NCBI RefSeq assembly: GCF_027921745.1
Contig: NC_079238.1
Span: 5,456,001-5,520,000, forward strand
Origin: Schizosaccharomyces osmophilus
Lineage: Eukaryota
Length of the DNA: 64,000 bases
Reading direction: 5' to 3'
Both the position numbers and the translations under genes were made by a program. This document shows, one piece after another, positions 49,293-60,612 of this stretch. Position 1 is the stretch's first letter; every line of letters begins with the position of its first letter. The notes beneath the pieces are model-generated. The model was not told the origin of the DNA. It was given only the letters and a program-made list of their open reading frames with translations, and searched no databases.

Positions 49293-50443
49293 TTAAACTT
49301 CAGCGCTTTGCTCAGAAAGATGCTGGAGTTCGATTTGTTCGTTCTGAGGTACTTGCTCTCCTCGATTTGTATCTTTAAAATAGGTTAATTAAAGCCCTAA
49401 CGATAGCAAGCATTTACGAAGTGTACATACCTAAAATACGATCCACAGCGTTTCCTATACCATTTCCTATGCCGTTTCCTATTCCGTTTACGCCGACGCC
49501 TATTCCGTTTCTCAGATCGACGAGAACTAATCTTAATAGTTCGCGCGCATTTGCATTCACTAGAACAGTTAGAATATTTCGCGGGTGTATGACATACTCG
49601 TCAATAAAAGAAACAAGACAAAGTTAACAAAACAAACAGCATAGAAAAAATTATTGTTTATCTTTTCAAATCCTGTAAACTTCTTTGCAGCATAATACAC
49701 GGTGAAACCGAGGACATCGAGAAAACACACACATAATACTGAGATACACATAGCTGACAATACGTTTTTGGTTGCTCTTCCAGCTTGCGTGAGCCCTTGT
49801 TTGGCCTGCGGGAACCATTCTTTAGGCATTTGAGTCATTGCTAAGAATTAATAAATCTTTCAAAATAAAAGACAGCGCTAACTTACCAAACAAAAACAAT
49901 GCAAAGGATGCTACACAGCCAGCAGAAAGCCCCCAAAGGGGTTTCGCACTCACAGAAGCCTTAAAACCAAAAAATAACACAAGAAGAATAGCATAGGCCA
50001 CAATATACCCAATAGTTATAGGCAACAAGATGCCTGCTAAGACTTTCTGGCAAAGCACCACATCCCAACCAGAATTATTAGCGGAATTCTGAGCGGATCC
50101 ATCAGCCATTTCTAAATCGATAAACTTGTTTGAAGCTAATGGATGTATTAGTAAATAGTTCGTTGTTTGTGAAAAGATAGAGGTGTCTATTATGTTTGCT
50201 GACAGTTATCGACAAGGTTATTAGTTTCAAACCCGACAAATAAAAAACAAGCATGATTCTTCCATCATGAGCCGTTCCAACAAGAACACAAAGAATTAAC
50301 ATGTCTATTTTAATTCAACAAATCTTACCTGAATACGGAGGAGGCGTACCATTTGAAGGAGACGACTGACTATCTGCCTTTTCATCATTGAGCGTTTTGG
50401 AAGAGTCATCAGAATCTGAAATAGGAGAGTATTTGTTTTTCAT
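49293..50443 (-). CDS. wtf: wtf poison-antidote meiotic driver family protein, 5 exons, 263 aa
   Basis: Exons 50443-50329, 50111-49887, 49840-49598, 49559-49431 and 49372-49293 splice in frame (792 nt). MKNKY start, PPPYS motif in exon 1, TM segments, (IGNG)n repeat, C-terminal ..SAEV*. Confidence 0.92.
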
Positions 50444-50917
50444 ATTTACAATGGCAATTAGAGCTCAAAATGATGCCGATAGTTACAGTCTAAACGAAAT
50501 CAACTTTTGAATCGCCGAGAAAAGTCCGTAAGAACTGGCTCCAATTTTCACAGATCTTTCAAAAATAGGAATTGGACCTTGCTTCAACCATCAAAAGCAA
50601 AAGCAAACTTTGTTTTGCAAGATTAGTTTGCTTTAAAACCAAAGATACGATTTTGAAAAAATCTTGGTAGTGGCTTTTCGCATGTCTCAATCACAAAGGC
50701 AGCGACATTATGTCACTGACTGGTCACAGTCCTCATTGCGATTTTTTCGTTATAGTATAATCCAAAAGAGTCGTCGTTTATTACAAAATGTAAACATAGA
50801 ACCAGCGTTAGAAAAAACAGTGCTAATCAGTTTGAATGATATTCAAACAGGATTGGACTTTGCTTTTTTTGAAATCCACCCAGTTGCATTTGCAATACTA
50901 ATGCTCTAGGCTTCAGG

Positions 50918-51400
50918 ATGCCGTCGGAAAGAAACGACTTGACGACTGATACTGTATCCCGTTAAACACTATGCCAGCAGAGCCTGAAAACCAGTTCAAC
51001 GGTCGTAGTGACAATACTTTCAAACAACTGTCCTCTGAACATACCTCTGAACATACTGAGCAATCTCCAGGGTTACGCCAGGAACCGGGTCAGTCTAGGG
51101 ATGTTGAAAGCGGTGGGAGTTGATTTATGCGGAAAGTAAAGCAATGTTTGTTCTTTTCGTTTTTTCTCCAGCATGCTTATGTTTATATTTCGGTTATTTC
51201 TTTCCTGCATATTTATTAAAATGCTTTTTGCATGACTGATGCTCCTGTATGGCGGGCGTTTTCTTGATTCACTTCATCTCTTCGACATTGAATAAGTAAG
51301 GGTGCTTATCACTGGATGGTATTGTCATTGTACCTGCGTAGTGTGGTTCATTTGCTTGTTGTTATTTATTCATTTATAGCTTTTTATTATTGAAGCAAGA
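50918..51400 (+). pseudogene. Possible decayed small membrane-protein gene divergent from wtf (wag-like position)
   Basis: Hydrophilic ORF MPAEPENQ...DVESGGS* at 50971-51123, followed by broken hydrophobic frames; lies between wtf and 5S. Confidence 0.35.
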
Positions 51401-51524
51401 GTAATCATTGCATTTTCCGCATCCACTAGTATTAATTAGTCCATGCCGACTAAAACGGCAACCATATGTTTCCAATAAAAAGAGCAACAGAAAAAGAAGC
51501 AAAAAGTAAAATAAAAAAGTGAAA

Positions 51525-51643
51525 AGCCTACAGCATCCCGGATTCCCATGTTGTCTCCAACCATAGTACTAACGAGACCCTCAGACGCTTAACTGCAGTG
51601 ATCGGACGGGAACTGGTGTTTTCGCCTAGGTGTGGCCGTAGAC
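51525..51643 (-). rRNA. 5S rRNA gene
   Basis: 119 nt GTCTACGGCCACACCTAGGCG...GCTGTAGGCT followed by a T run; near the fission yeast 5S sequence as I recall it. Confidence 0.95.
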
Positions 51644-52511
51644 ATTTATTTTTCTGCTTAAATGTATATTAAAGATGAAGACTACTAAAAAAGTTAAGCT
51701 AGCTAGTTATAAGCGTTCTGTCATACTGGTTCGAATTGTCTCAATCATCGCTCTTTTGAACTAGCTATATGATAACACTACTTACCTGCAATGAGATTAT
51801 AAATTTTACACTCTATTTCATCTCGTCTGTATTGTTTATATTTTGATTCCGCTAATGCTGTGTGTACAAATGATGAGGTAACTTGAAGCGTCATTTCTAT
51901 TTATCTGCATGATGGATCATACTTTCTCAAATGAAAAATTACAATTACAAGTAAAAAAAGCTCACGCTGTTCAAAAAAGGCGGTATAGCATTCAGCAATC
52001 CTATGTCCTCAATATTTTTTTCTACGCTCGTAAGTTAGCTATTTCCTTGGTAGTTTTAGTTAGTCCAAATCTAAAGACTAGTTGATTCTGTTGCATTCGA
52101 TCCTCAAATTCTTGAATCGCCGAGAGATTACTACTTTTGGTTGGACACAGACACAGAAGTAATTCCGTGTTCTTGGGGTATTCAATTGTATCATCATACC
52201 TCTTAAATTAGCCCCAGAATTATGTGTCATTTCATTTTACAAGTTTTGTGGCTACTTCTTTGAGAGACATAGTAGCTATCGGAACAAATGACATTGAAAC
52301 GATGTAAAGATGAAGTATTGTTTCCATTAGCTTTCTTTATTAAAATTTCTAAATAAAAAAAGATCTTTTACTTGTTCCCTACCCTACACTGAAATTCGCT
52401 TCAGAGTAGGTTCTTATTACGGGCGGGCAAAAGTAAAGGCATACCTATACCTATACCTATATCTACCTCTATTTTCTGTTTTTGTTTTTTGTTTCTATTT
52501 ATAAATCTCTT

Positions 52512-53503
52512 ATGAAAGTAATAGAATTACCTTCTATTGATCTATCTGAGCAAAATACAAAACTTCTCAGTACATTAATAATTGATGCTTGTCAAGAATG
52601 GGGATTTTTCACATTAAAAAACCATGGGATAAAATTGGAAGACGTGCAAGTACTCTTCAAAGAGAGCGATGAATTCTTCAAGTTACCCACAGAGGAAAAG
52701 GAACATTATGTGTTTCAAGGAAATGACTTGCCGTCAGGATATTCAAGACATACTAAACATTCGCATTCAGAAGATTCTTTTTCTAGAGCTATAAAGGAGT
52801 ATTATGATATAGCAAGGTTCCCTAATCCAGATATTGAAAAAATTAGCCCGGCCATCCGTAAGCGTTTACCTGAGCTAAAGATGTTTTTTAAACAGTGTCA
52901 TATTCTTTCGTTAAAAATTCTTGATTTAATTGCTCTTGGATTTGGGCTTTCACAGGATTTCTTCAGCAAATACCATAGTTCCGCTGAGGACTTTCTTCGC
53001 TTCATAAAGTACATGGTTCCTGAGGGAAAGGAACACACAGAGGACGATGTGGATAACGATAGTCATTTCGATTATGGTACTATCACATTATTGTTTCAAA
53101 GAGAATATGGAATTCTACAGATTCAACCTCCAGAATCTGACGCTACGGCTGATTGGGTTCGAGTCTCCGTCGATAAAGAGGTGATTTCGTAAGTAAAGTC
53201 TCAATTGTTCGCTTCATTTCTTTCTTTTTCTGTTACTCGTAAAAACAAAGTAAATTTACTGACAATACCTTTAGAGTCAATGTTGCAGATACGTTACAAT
53301 TCTGGACCGGTGAAAGGATAAAAAGTAGCATTCACCAAATAAGAATTGATCCAAGAATAAGAGAACGACAATTAATCGCTTTTTTTGCTATACCTGATTT
53401 GGATTGTCCTATATCTAAAGTTTCTGATGAAGAAGATGGAAAAAACGCAAAGACAATGACAATGCGTGAATATAGGAGAAGGAAGATGGCATGTTTACCA
53501 TAG
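52512..53503 (+). CDS. 2-oxoglutarate/Fe(II) dioxygenase paralog, 1 intron
   Basis: Colinear with the 12814 gene with the same intron position (53189-53274); HFD...H metal ligands retained. Confidence 0.85.
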
Positions 53504-54194
53504 TAATATCCATAGATAGCTACAAAACAGATGCTTCAATGGAAAAATGACACGAATTATTTGTTTACGTTCACCGTAAGCAATTAAATGAGCTATTCAT
53601 CTTGATATATTTAATTGAGGGGATAATGCAGTGAGATGAAGTTTTGGTTTGAGAACGATGCTTTAGCTTTTTGCAAACAAAAAATTTTTTTTGATTATTT
53701 TGATGACACAGCCGTCAATACCTCCTCGTTTATATGAACGGAAAGAACTTGAAAATGCAGCTGTGTTCGTGTAAAAACAAATTAATATAGATATTATAAA
53801 AGATGTGTTTATTTACTTATAATCATTTGTACTTTCATACCAAGAAAACATTTCGAATTTTTGAATTTTCTTTTATTTATCAAATACAGTTATCAATATG
53901 TTGTTTGCAAAAGTTTGCAGCATCACGAAAACAATCTTTCAATTTTGTATCAATTATGGCTCATATTCGTAATCGTAAGAGAGAATGTTCTCAAAATCCA
54001 TACAATACAAAGTAATCCAAACATGATATATTCATGGGCGAAATCAAAAGCTGTTTATCTATCGTACATGATTACTCTTTATCAAAGCAAAAGAAATGAA
54101 GCGGTTATGTTGTATTATATATAGTCTTGTGCAGAGTAAGCATTTTCAACTTATTAAGCGTTTTTTGATTTACCAGTCGTACAAAGCTAACAAC

Positions 54195-55343
54195 ATGTCT
54201 GCAGTCACTATTGAAAATCGTACTACAAAGGATCATTCCTTGGTTGGTGATACGAATGCCGTAAAATCCATCACACTTGAAGCAGCAAACGAGTTGAACA
54301 AAGTTACCCTAAGCGAAGCAAACAACCTGATCAATTTGCAACTAAAAGATGCTCTTAAAGGCGAGGAATTTATCGATCTAACACCAAGTATTGGTAGGGA
54401 GTATCCAAGTGTACAGCTTTCACAGTGGATCCATGGAAAGGATTCCGATCGACTACTTCGGGAATTGGCCAATATAATCTCAACCAAGGGAGTTGTGTTT
54501 TTTCGAAACCAAGATTTGAATGCCCAGGAACAAAAGATCCTAGGCCAAAGGCTCGGTGAATTGACAGGAAAACCCAAGGACTCTTCGCTGCATATTCATC
54601 CAGTCGTTAACAGTGGACGGAAAGATGTCGACTCTACAGGTGAAATTGAAAATGATGATAATGAGGTCTCGATATTGTCAAAGTCTCAATACAAAAAAAT
54701 CTATCCACTCAAAGAACGTCCTAGGGCATTTCATCCAAAAGCAAGTGCTGGATGGCATAGCGATATAACCTTTGAACCCGTACCTGCAGATTACTCAATC
54801 TTGAAAATGCAAAAACCATCTGAAAATGGAGGCGACACTTTATGGGCATCTGGGTATGAACTTTACACCAGATTTTCTCCTCCATTTCGTCGATTTTTAG
54901 ATGGATTGACTGCTACATATGCTCAACCCAAATTTCAACAATTTGCAGATGCAAGTGGATTCAAGTTGTACGATGGTCCACGTGGATCTCCAAGAAATGT
55001 TGGTGAAACACTGGAAGCCGTCCATCCTGTAGTTCGTACGAACCCAGTAACTGGATTAAAGAGTGTATTTGCAGTGGGACATCATGTTGAAAAGATCAAC
55101 GATGTAACAACAGAAGAGAGTAGCTACTTACTTAATCGGTTTGTTGATCTAATTGCGCATAATCATGATCTTCAAGTTCGTTTTAAATGGAAAAAAAATG
55201 ACTTGGCAATTTGGGATAATCGCAGTGTTTATCATACGGCTACTTATGATGCTGTAGGTCCTGAACGTTTAGGTATACGGGTAGTAGGTATTGGTGAAAA
55301 GCCATACCTTGATCCCAGCTCTCGTGCTATTGACGGACTTTAG
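54195..55343 (+). CDS. TauD/Jlp1-like alpha-ketoglutarate-dependent sulfonate dioxygenase
   Basis: GVVFFRNQ, WHSDITFE, GGDTLWASGY, HPVVRTNPVTG and WDNRSVYH motifs. Confidence 0.92.
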   Translation: MSAVTIENRTTKDHSLVGDTNAVKSITLEAANELNKVTLSEANNLINLQLKDALKGEEFIDLTPSIGREYPSVQLSQWIHGKDSDRLLRELANIISTKGVVFFRNQDLNAQEQKILGQRLGELTGKPKDSSLHIHPVVNSGRKDVDSTGEIENDDNEVSILSKSQYKKIYPLKERPRAFHPKASAGWHSDITFEPVPADYSILKMQKPSENGGDTLWASGYELYTRFSPPFRRFLDGLTATYAQPKFQQFADASGFKLYDGPRGSPRNVGETLEAVHPVVRTNPVTGLKSVFAVGHHVEKINDVTTEESSYLLNRFVDLIAHNHDLQVRFKWKKNDLAIWDNRSVYHTATYDAVGPERLGIRVVGIGEKPYLDPSSRAIDGL

Positions 55344-55789
55344 CTAGAGATGAGTTGATGTGCATGGAGGAAAACATAGTTTTTCGTAGCCTTGCCAGTC
55401 TTTCAGACCATAAATAAGTGAAAGGTATGATGAAGAATGATATCAGCAAGTAAAGATGGAACCCTTTTTTTTTAATTATCATTATTCATTTTGAACTTTG
55501 TTTTACAAACCTATCTAAGTTTTTACTCACAATAAAAACAACGTTTTAAATGATTCATAAAGTGTTCGAAACCAGCAGAGAAATAAAACGCTTTTATAGT
55601 TGAATTATTCTATTATACAAATTCGCGGCATGTGCCTCGACTCCGAATTGCATATTTCTATATATTTAGTTTTCTTAGTAAATAAGTCCTTTCGTGGAGC
55701 TCGAAGTGCTACCTAGCATCCTTTTCCCAGTTTTTTTATTTATTTATTTATTTTTTTTTTGATAGAGTCTGTGCTACAACCGTTCGTAA

Positions 55790-56620
55790 AAATTGCAGTA
55801 CTCTATTTGCGTGCTGGCCTTCACACTCTGTTTTTCACTCGCAAAAGCAGTAAAAATTTATGATCCTTTGTCTTTAGAAAACCTTACCAATGCAAGTGCA
55901 AGAACAGCTGATTACCCATTTTATGTCTAAGCTTTTCCAGATGATTTGTACTGTCCTCCTCCTATTGATGGACAAGGAGCCTACTTGTATATGGAAAATG
56001 TCAGCTTGATTTTGACAGTTCCTGCAGATAATACCAGCGTAACATGTATGTACGTAGGAGACGACGAACCTACTTGCTACTCTGGAGATTTCTCAACATG
56101 TTTTAGCGTGTCAAAAAAAAAACGCAATTAGTATTCTCATGAACGATTCATCCCATGTAATCAATAATCCATTTTCAGCCTTGTCGACCCAAACTTACTC
56201 CATAATTACCCCATGGTTAACATATGTGTAATTGAATTCAAGTGTGAAATATATCAATAACGAACCTTATGCAGGATATGAAAGCTACTTTTATCCCTGT
56301 GATGTGAATAAAACGTGTATGTTTGACTACCTGAGAACGGAAACAACTTTAAAAAAAATTATTTCCGGTTTTACTAATGTTTGAGAAAAGACAAAAATTT
56401 TATAAACAAAGAAAAATTTATGGACTATTTCGAAAAACAACGAGAAAACACTGCAAGACACACGAATCTGTCTTTTATCACGGCAAAATTAAGACCGATT
56501 TCTAATAGGCAGGTTGTGAACCAAGCTGAGTTGGTATCCTCTTTAACCTCAACTAGTAAAGCAAATAGACCATTGTACATTTGCATAGCTCTTGGTTTGG
56601 TTATGTTGAGTTTTCGGTGA
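55790..56620 (+). pseudogene. Possible decayed secreted/GPI-like Cys-containing protein gene
   Basis: Signal-like KLQYSICVLAFTLCFSLAKA is in frame with the 55946 ORF across a TAA at 55928; later frameshifts; hydrophobic tail in ORF 56381-56620. Confidence 0.4.
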
Positions 56621-56967
56621 GAAAGAGGTAACTAGTAAATAGAATTAATATAAGTCGTTCTTTTAAAGAAGATTGCAAAAGGATGTCGAAGGATGCCAGA
56701 TGGCATTGTTAATTAAACCTCTTCACCAAAAGCATTTATACAATTCTCACAGATCGTGTTGCTGTTATTGTTTTGAGTGATACTTGTGACGTGCTTCCCA
56801 TCAAGCAAGTGTCTTTCTATCCCTTTCTTGGTTTAATCAAACTTTAATAAAGTCAACGACTATTTTATAACGATATCGTATGTTTTCTTGATCCTATTTG
56901 TGCGTTCAACAAATGCAGACTGTACTCAGTAAATTTATACCCATTATGCATTTGTTTATATGCACTG

Positions 56968-57000
<33 letters not shown>

Positions 57001-57333
57001 GACACACAGAAGAGAGAGGATGAAAACAGATAGTTGGGCTAGAGATTCCATAAGCAGTTCATTTTTGCCGAACGTTTTGAGTATGTTACTCTCTAGGTAA
57101 CAGCCAGCTTTTGGAGGAGCCATAAATCGTTCATCATAGCAATCGGTGATCAATAACAGCGTGCTCACTGTCCAAAAGAGTGTGAACGTTTTACGTTTGG
57201 TGGCAGACTAATAAAAAGTTATTATATTAAAGCATTCTTGGTTGACGGATTGTAGTTTTACACGACGTTAGGGTATCATGTATGTGAACACTTTATCGAT
57301 TAGATTGTACATAATAACATATTCTTTCGGTTC

Positions 57334-57405
57334 GGCCGTTTGGTCTAGTGGTATGATACCATCTTAGGGTGATGGTGGTCCTGGGTTCGATTCCCAGAAC
57401 AGCCC
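57334..57405 (+). tRNA. tRNA-Pro (AGG)
   Basis: Anticodon arm CCATC-TT-AGG-GT-GATGG; GGTTCGATTCC; one acceptor-stem mismatch. Confidence 0.92.
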
Positions 57406-57638
57406 AACTTTTTTCTCTTTCTCATTCGATACTTTTGTTGTATGGCAGTGCGTTTTTATAAAAGAGTAATTAGAAAAAGAAGCAAGTCGAGATACTCCGC
57501 GACGCGCGAAAAAGGGATTCTACAAATTTCTTTGTTGTATACTACTGAAATGGATAATCCAAAGACTAGACGTGTGTTTCTGTACAAAAACTAAACGAAG
57601 TATGCACATATGTCAAAAGCACTTACACTGAATATGTC

Positions 57639-57709
57639 GCATCAGTGGTGTAGCGGTAACATGGATGCCTTCCAAGCATTCGCTCCGGGTTCGACTCCCG
57701 GCTGATGCA
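57639..57709 (+). tRNA. tRNA-Gly (UCC)
   Basis: GCATCAG...CTGATGCA; anticodon arm ATGC-CT-TCC-AA-GCAT; GGTTCGACTCC. Confidence 0.95.
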
Positions 57710-58536
57710 AATTTTGGTTTTTATTTGTTAAAGAACAAGTCACGACAGAAATTACACGCCGTGTAATAATGAGTTTTGAGTGAAATGAACAACAAAAGTT
57801 GTATTGCTATATATCCCAAACGGAAGACTTGGTACTACGTAAATGAATAAGTAACGGGCTGACCCGTCGATTCTTTCGTCTGTAGACAATTGTTTACACA
57901 ACTTTGTCCAACAATCAATGTAAGCTTATTCTTTTTCTACCATCTGGGTCTCCATTTCGTTCTGCATCACAATTTTCATTGTTTGTTTACTTGGTAATAT
58001 GATATTTTATCTCTCACTAATAAATATAATAAAGATGAACAGGTAGCCGGCAATCACATGACATATGTGACAACATGAAAATACAAGTCGCATTTATATC
58101 AGCTTCGTGCTACACGCTCGTTGGCTCGGATTGTTAAAGGCCGCGGGGTATAGCAACCAAAAGGCTTTTGACTCAGCACATGATAAAGTTTCACAACCAT
58201 GTGGCTTGTTTTTTTTAGCTCCGACTTTATTGTCAGACTTTAGGACTCGGGTTAATTCAATGGAAGTTGACAAGTCAGTTCTGGTTCGTAGTGTTACGTC
58301 TGTTAAGTTGTTCCTAGTTCCGTGATAGTATGATCTGTACAGGGAGTCAATGCTTGTTATGACCAAATGCTTCTTGCTAGAATTGATATATAAAGCCTGA
58401 GATTTCCTTCCTACTTGACATACATAGGAAAAGAATTCATCCTTTGACTCGACTTGTTCTTGCATTTTATCTATCAAATTTAATTCATTTCTGAACATCA
58501 CATCTTTTAACATTTCAATTTCAAAGTACTATCAAA

Positions 58537-59016
58537 ATGAAGTTTTCCTTGTCTGCTGTCTTCCTTACTCTTCTTGGAGCCACTTCTGCTTTGGGTGCTT
58601 CGGCTTCAACTTCGTCTCTTGACAGACAATTTGGTATCGTGAGTAGCCACTCTGGTATCATCCATGTCCACCTACGCACATTCGAAGTTGGTCAATCTGG
58701 TCATGTTTACTTGAGTAAATATGATAATTCTGACGGTAATGCCAATTTCAATCTCAAAAATGGAGAATTGTTACATGAAAACAAGACTGCTTCTATTGAC
58801 AAGGACGGTGCTCTTGTTTTCGAATCCTCTGGCTCTCCTCTGTCAGGTTTCGAAGCTAAGCAGGTGAATTCCCAATTCTATGATCTCAGCTTGAACAACG
58901 ATTACCCTGTCGCATGCCCTGTTCCCAATGCCAACGATGTTTATCAAATCTACTACGGAAAGGGTAATGGTAATGCTGACTGTGTTGGTATTTACCCTTT
59001 GGCTGCCACTCCTTAA
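58537..59016 (+). CDS. Small secreted cell-wall-type protein (Cwp1/PhiA-like)
   Basis: Signal peptide MKFSLSAVFLTLLGATSALG; FGIVSSHSG; ACP..YQIYYG..CVGI. Confidence 0.7.
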   Translation: MKFSLSAVFLTLLGATSALGASASTSSLDRQFGIVSSHSGIIHVHLRTFEVGQSGHVYLSKYDNSDGNANFNLKNGELLHENKTASIDKDGALVFESSGSPLSGFEAKQVNSQFYDLSLNNDYPVACPVPNANDVYQIYYGKGNGNADCVGIYPLAATP

Positions 59017-59521
59017 ATGCCGTTCTTTTTTAAATTTTTCGAATTTCATTTCATACCCTATAACACAACGTCTATGTTATGTACGATTCAACTCGATACC
59101 TTAGACTATTAGCTATTATTTACATTTGCATATAATCATTTTTTGCATCAATTGAAGCATTTTTTATTTGTCATATCTTTGTTTTCGATCACTTGTTATC
59201 TGTACCTTTTCATTTTCGTAAAAAATAGAAGATTGTATTTCAATCCTCTGAAAAAGGACGCAACACCATGAATTTAATTCCTTATTAAGGACAAAAGCAC
59301 TTGAAAGTGGTTATTGTTTAGGATATTGTAAAGCAACCGTATGATTTAATGATCTTGCGCTTCGCTAAATAATTTTTTGGAAACTTACAAATACTTTAAT
59401 TACCAAGTTACTCATTAAGATCTACTCGTTTCACAAGTAAGTCCGCTAGGAGATGAGGGACTGCTGATAGAGCTCATAGTAGAAAGAAGCTGTGTTCACA
59501 GAGGGGAGAAGGATTCCTACT

Positions 59522-59868
59522 TTAATCGCTTGGCGGCGTAAGAATGAATTCTTCTGACTGAGCATAGATTTCCTCAGCACGCTCGGGGTTGCCCATGTTG
59601 ATGCGATAACCTCCACCAGTTGGCCAATTGGTAGTATCTGTGGTATAGCTGCCATCCAATATAGAAACCGTCGCAAGCAACTTATAAAGGGAGGATACCT
59701 GAAATAGTTGCTAAGATAGATTCCTACAACTTTTTGTCTGTATCCACATAGTTCCAGCTGATTGTGTGATCGATGCCAGTTTTCCATTGTTCAAATGTTA
59801 TGTATTTGTTATTTGTATAGCCATAGAGTAAGCGTAGAGGAAAAAAATGCGAGTTTTGATAACATCAT
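59522..59868 (-). pseudogene. Frameshifted secreted protein with a Kre9/Knh1-like N-terminal Ig-like domain
   Basis: Stitched frames: MMLSKLAFFFLYAYSMAIQIT / WKTGIDHTISWNYVDTD / VGIYLSNY / LATVSILDGSY..WPTGGGYRINMG..IYAQSEEFIL. Confidence 0.6.
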
Positions 59869-60612
59869 TTTGAAAGAGTAATTTTAAGATAGACGAGAAG
59901 GGTCGAATTGTAGGGGATTTGTAGGTCGCCTGTTATAGACAAATTGAAATTAAACGTTCAAAGGATGAAGCAATGAAGGAAAAAAAAAAAAAAAGTTCTT
60001 TAGGACACGTTTTGTTTCCTTTCTTTTGCACTCGGAAAGGAACAGATTAATAAAAGGATTCAAGATATAGATACATTGACGGGATAAAAAAATCCAAATA
60101 TAAATTATAATAAGAATGATTTGAATGATTTCTTACTGATGGTTTCATGAAGTGTGAGGGATCTAATTATAGACTAAAATTCATTCCCTATTTTGTAAGT
60201 AAACAAACATAGAAATGTCATTCGAGTTCCAATTCCACCAAAAGCATGTACACTAGCAATAGCGCAACATTTACCAATAGCAGAGGGTAACGGTCGGTGG
60301 TATCTACATACATAAACAATATTTAAGTTCGTAAGGGCTTTTCGTAAAGAAAAAAATTACTAATAATGAAAGCAGGATTTTATTCTGCTTGCCTTTTGGA
60401 AAATAGTAAGCATTCATGGTTCTTCCGAAAATATAATATATGCGATGAGCGCTTGAATTGACTTTAAAGATTTGCTGAAAGAACCTGTTGATTGTGTCTA
60501 TTTTTGATCACAAAACCATATCCTAGTAATTGTCGTCATAAAGCAAAATTTAAAAAATGTTTAGGTATTTACAACTTTGCAGAAATCATCTAAAAGACCA
60601 CATAACATAATG

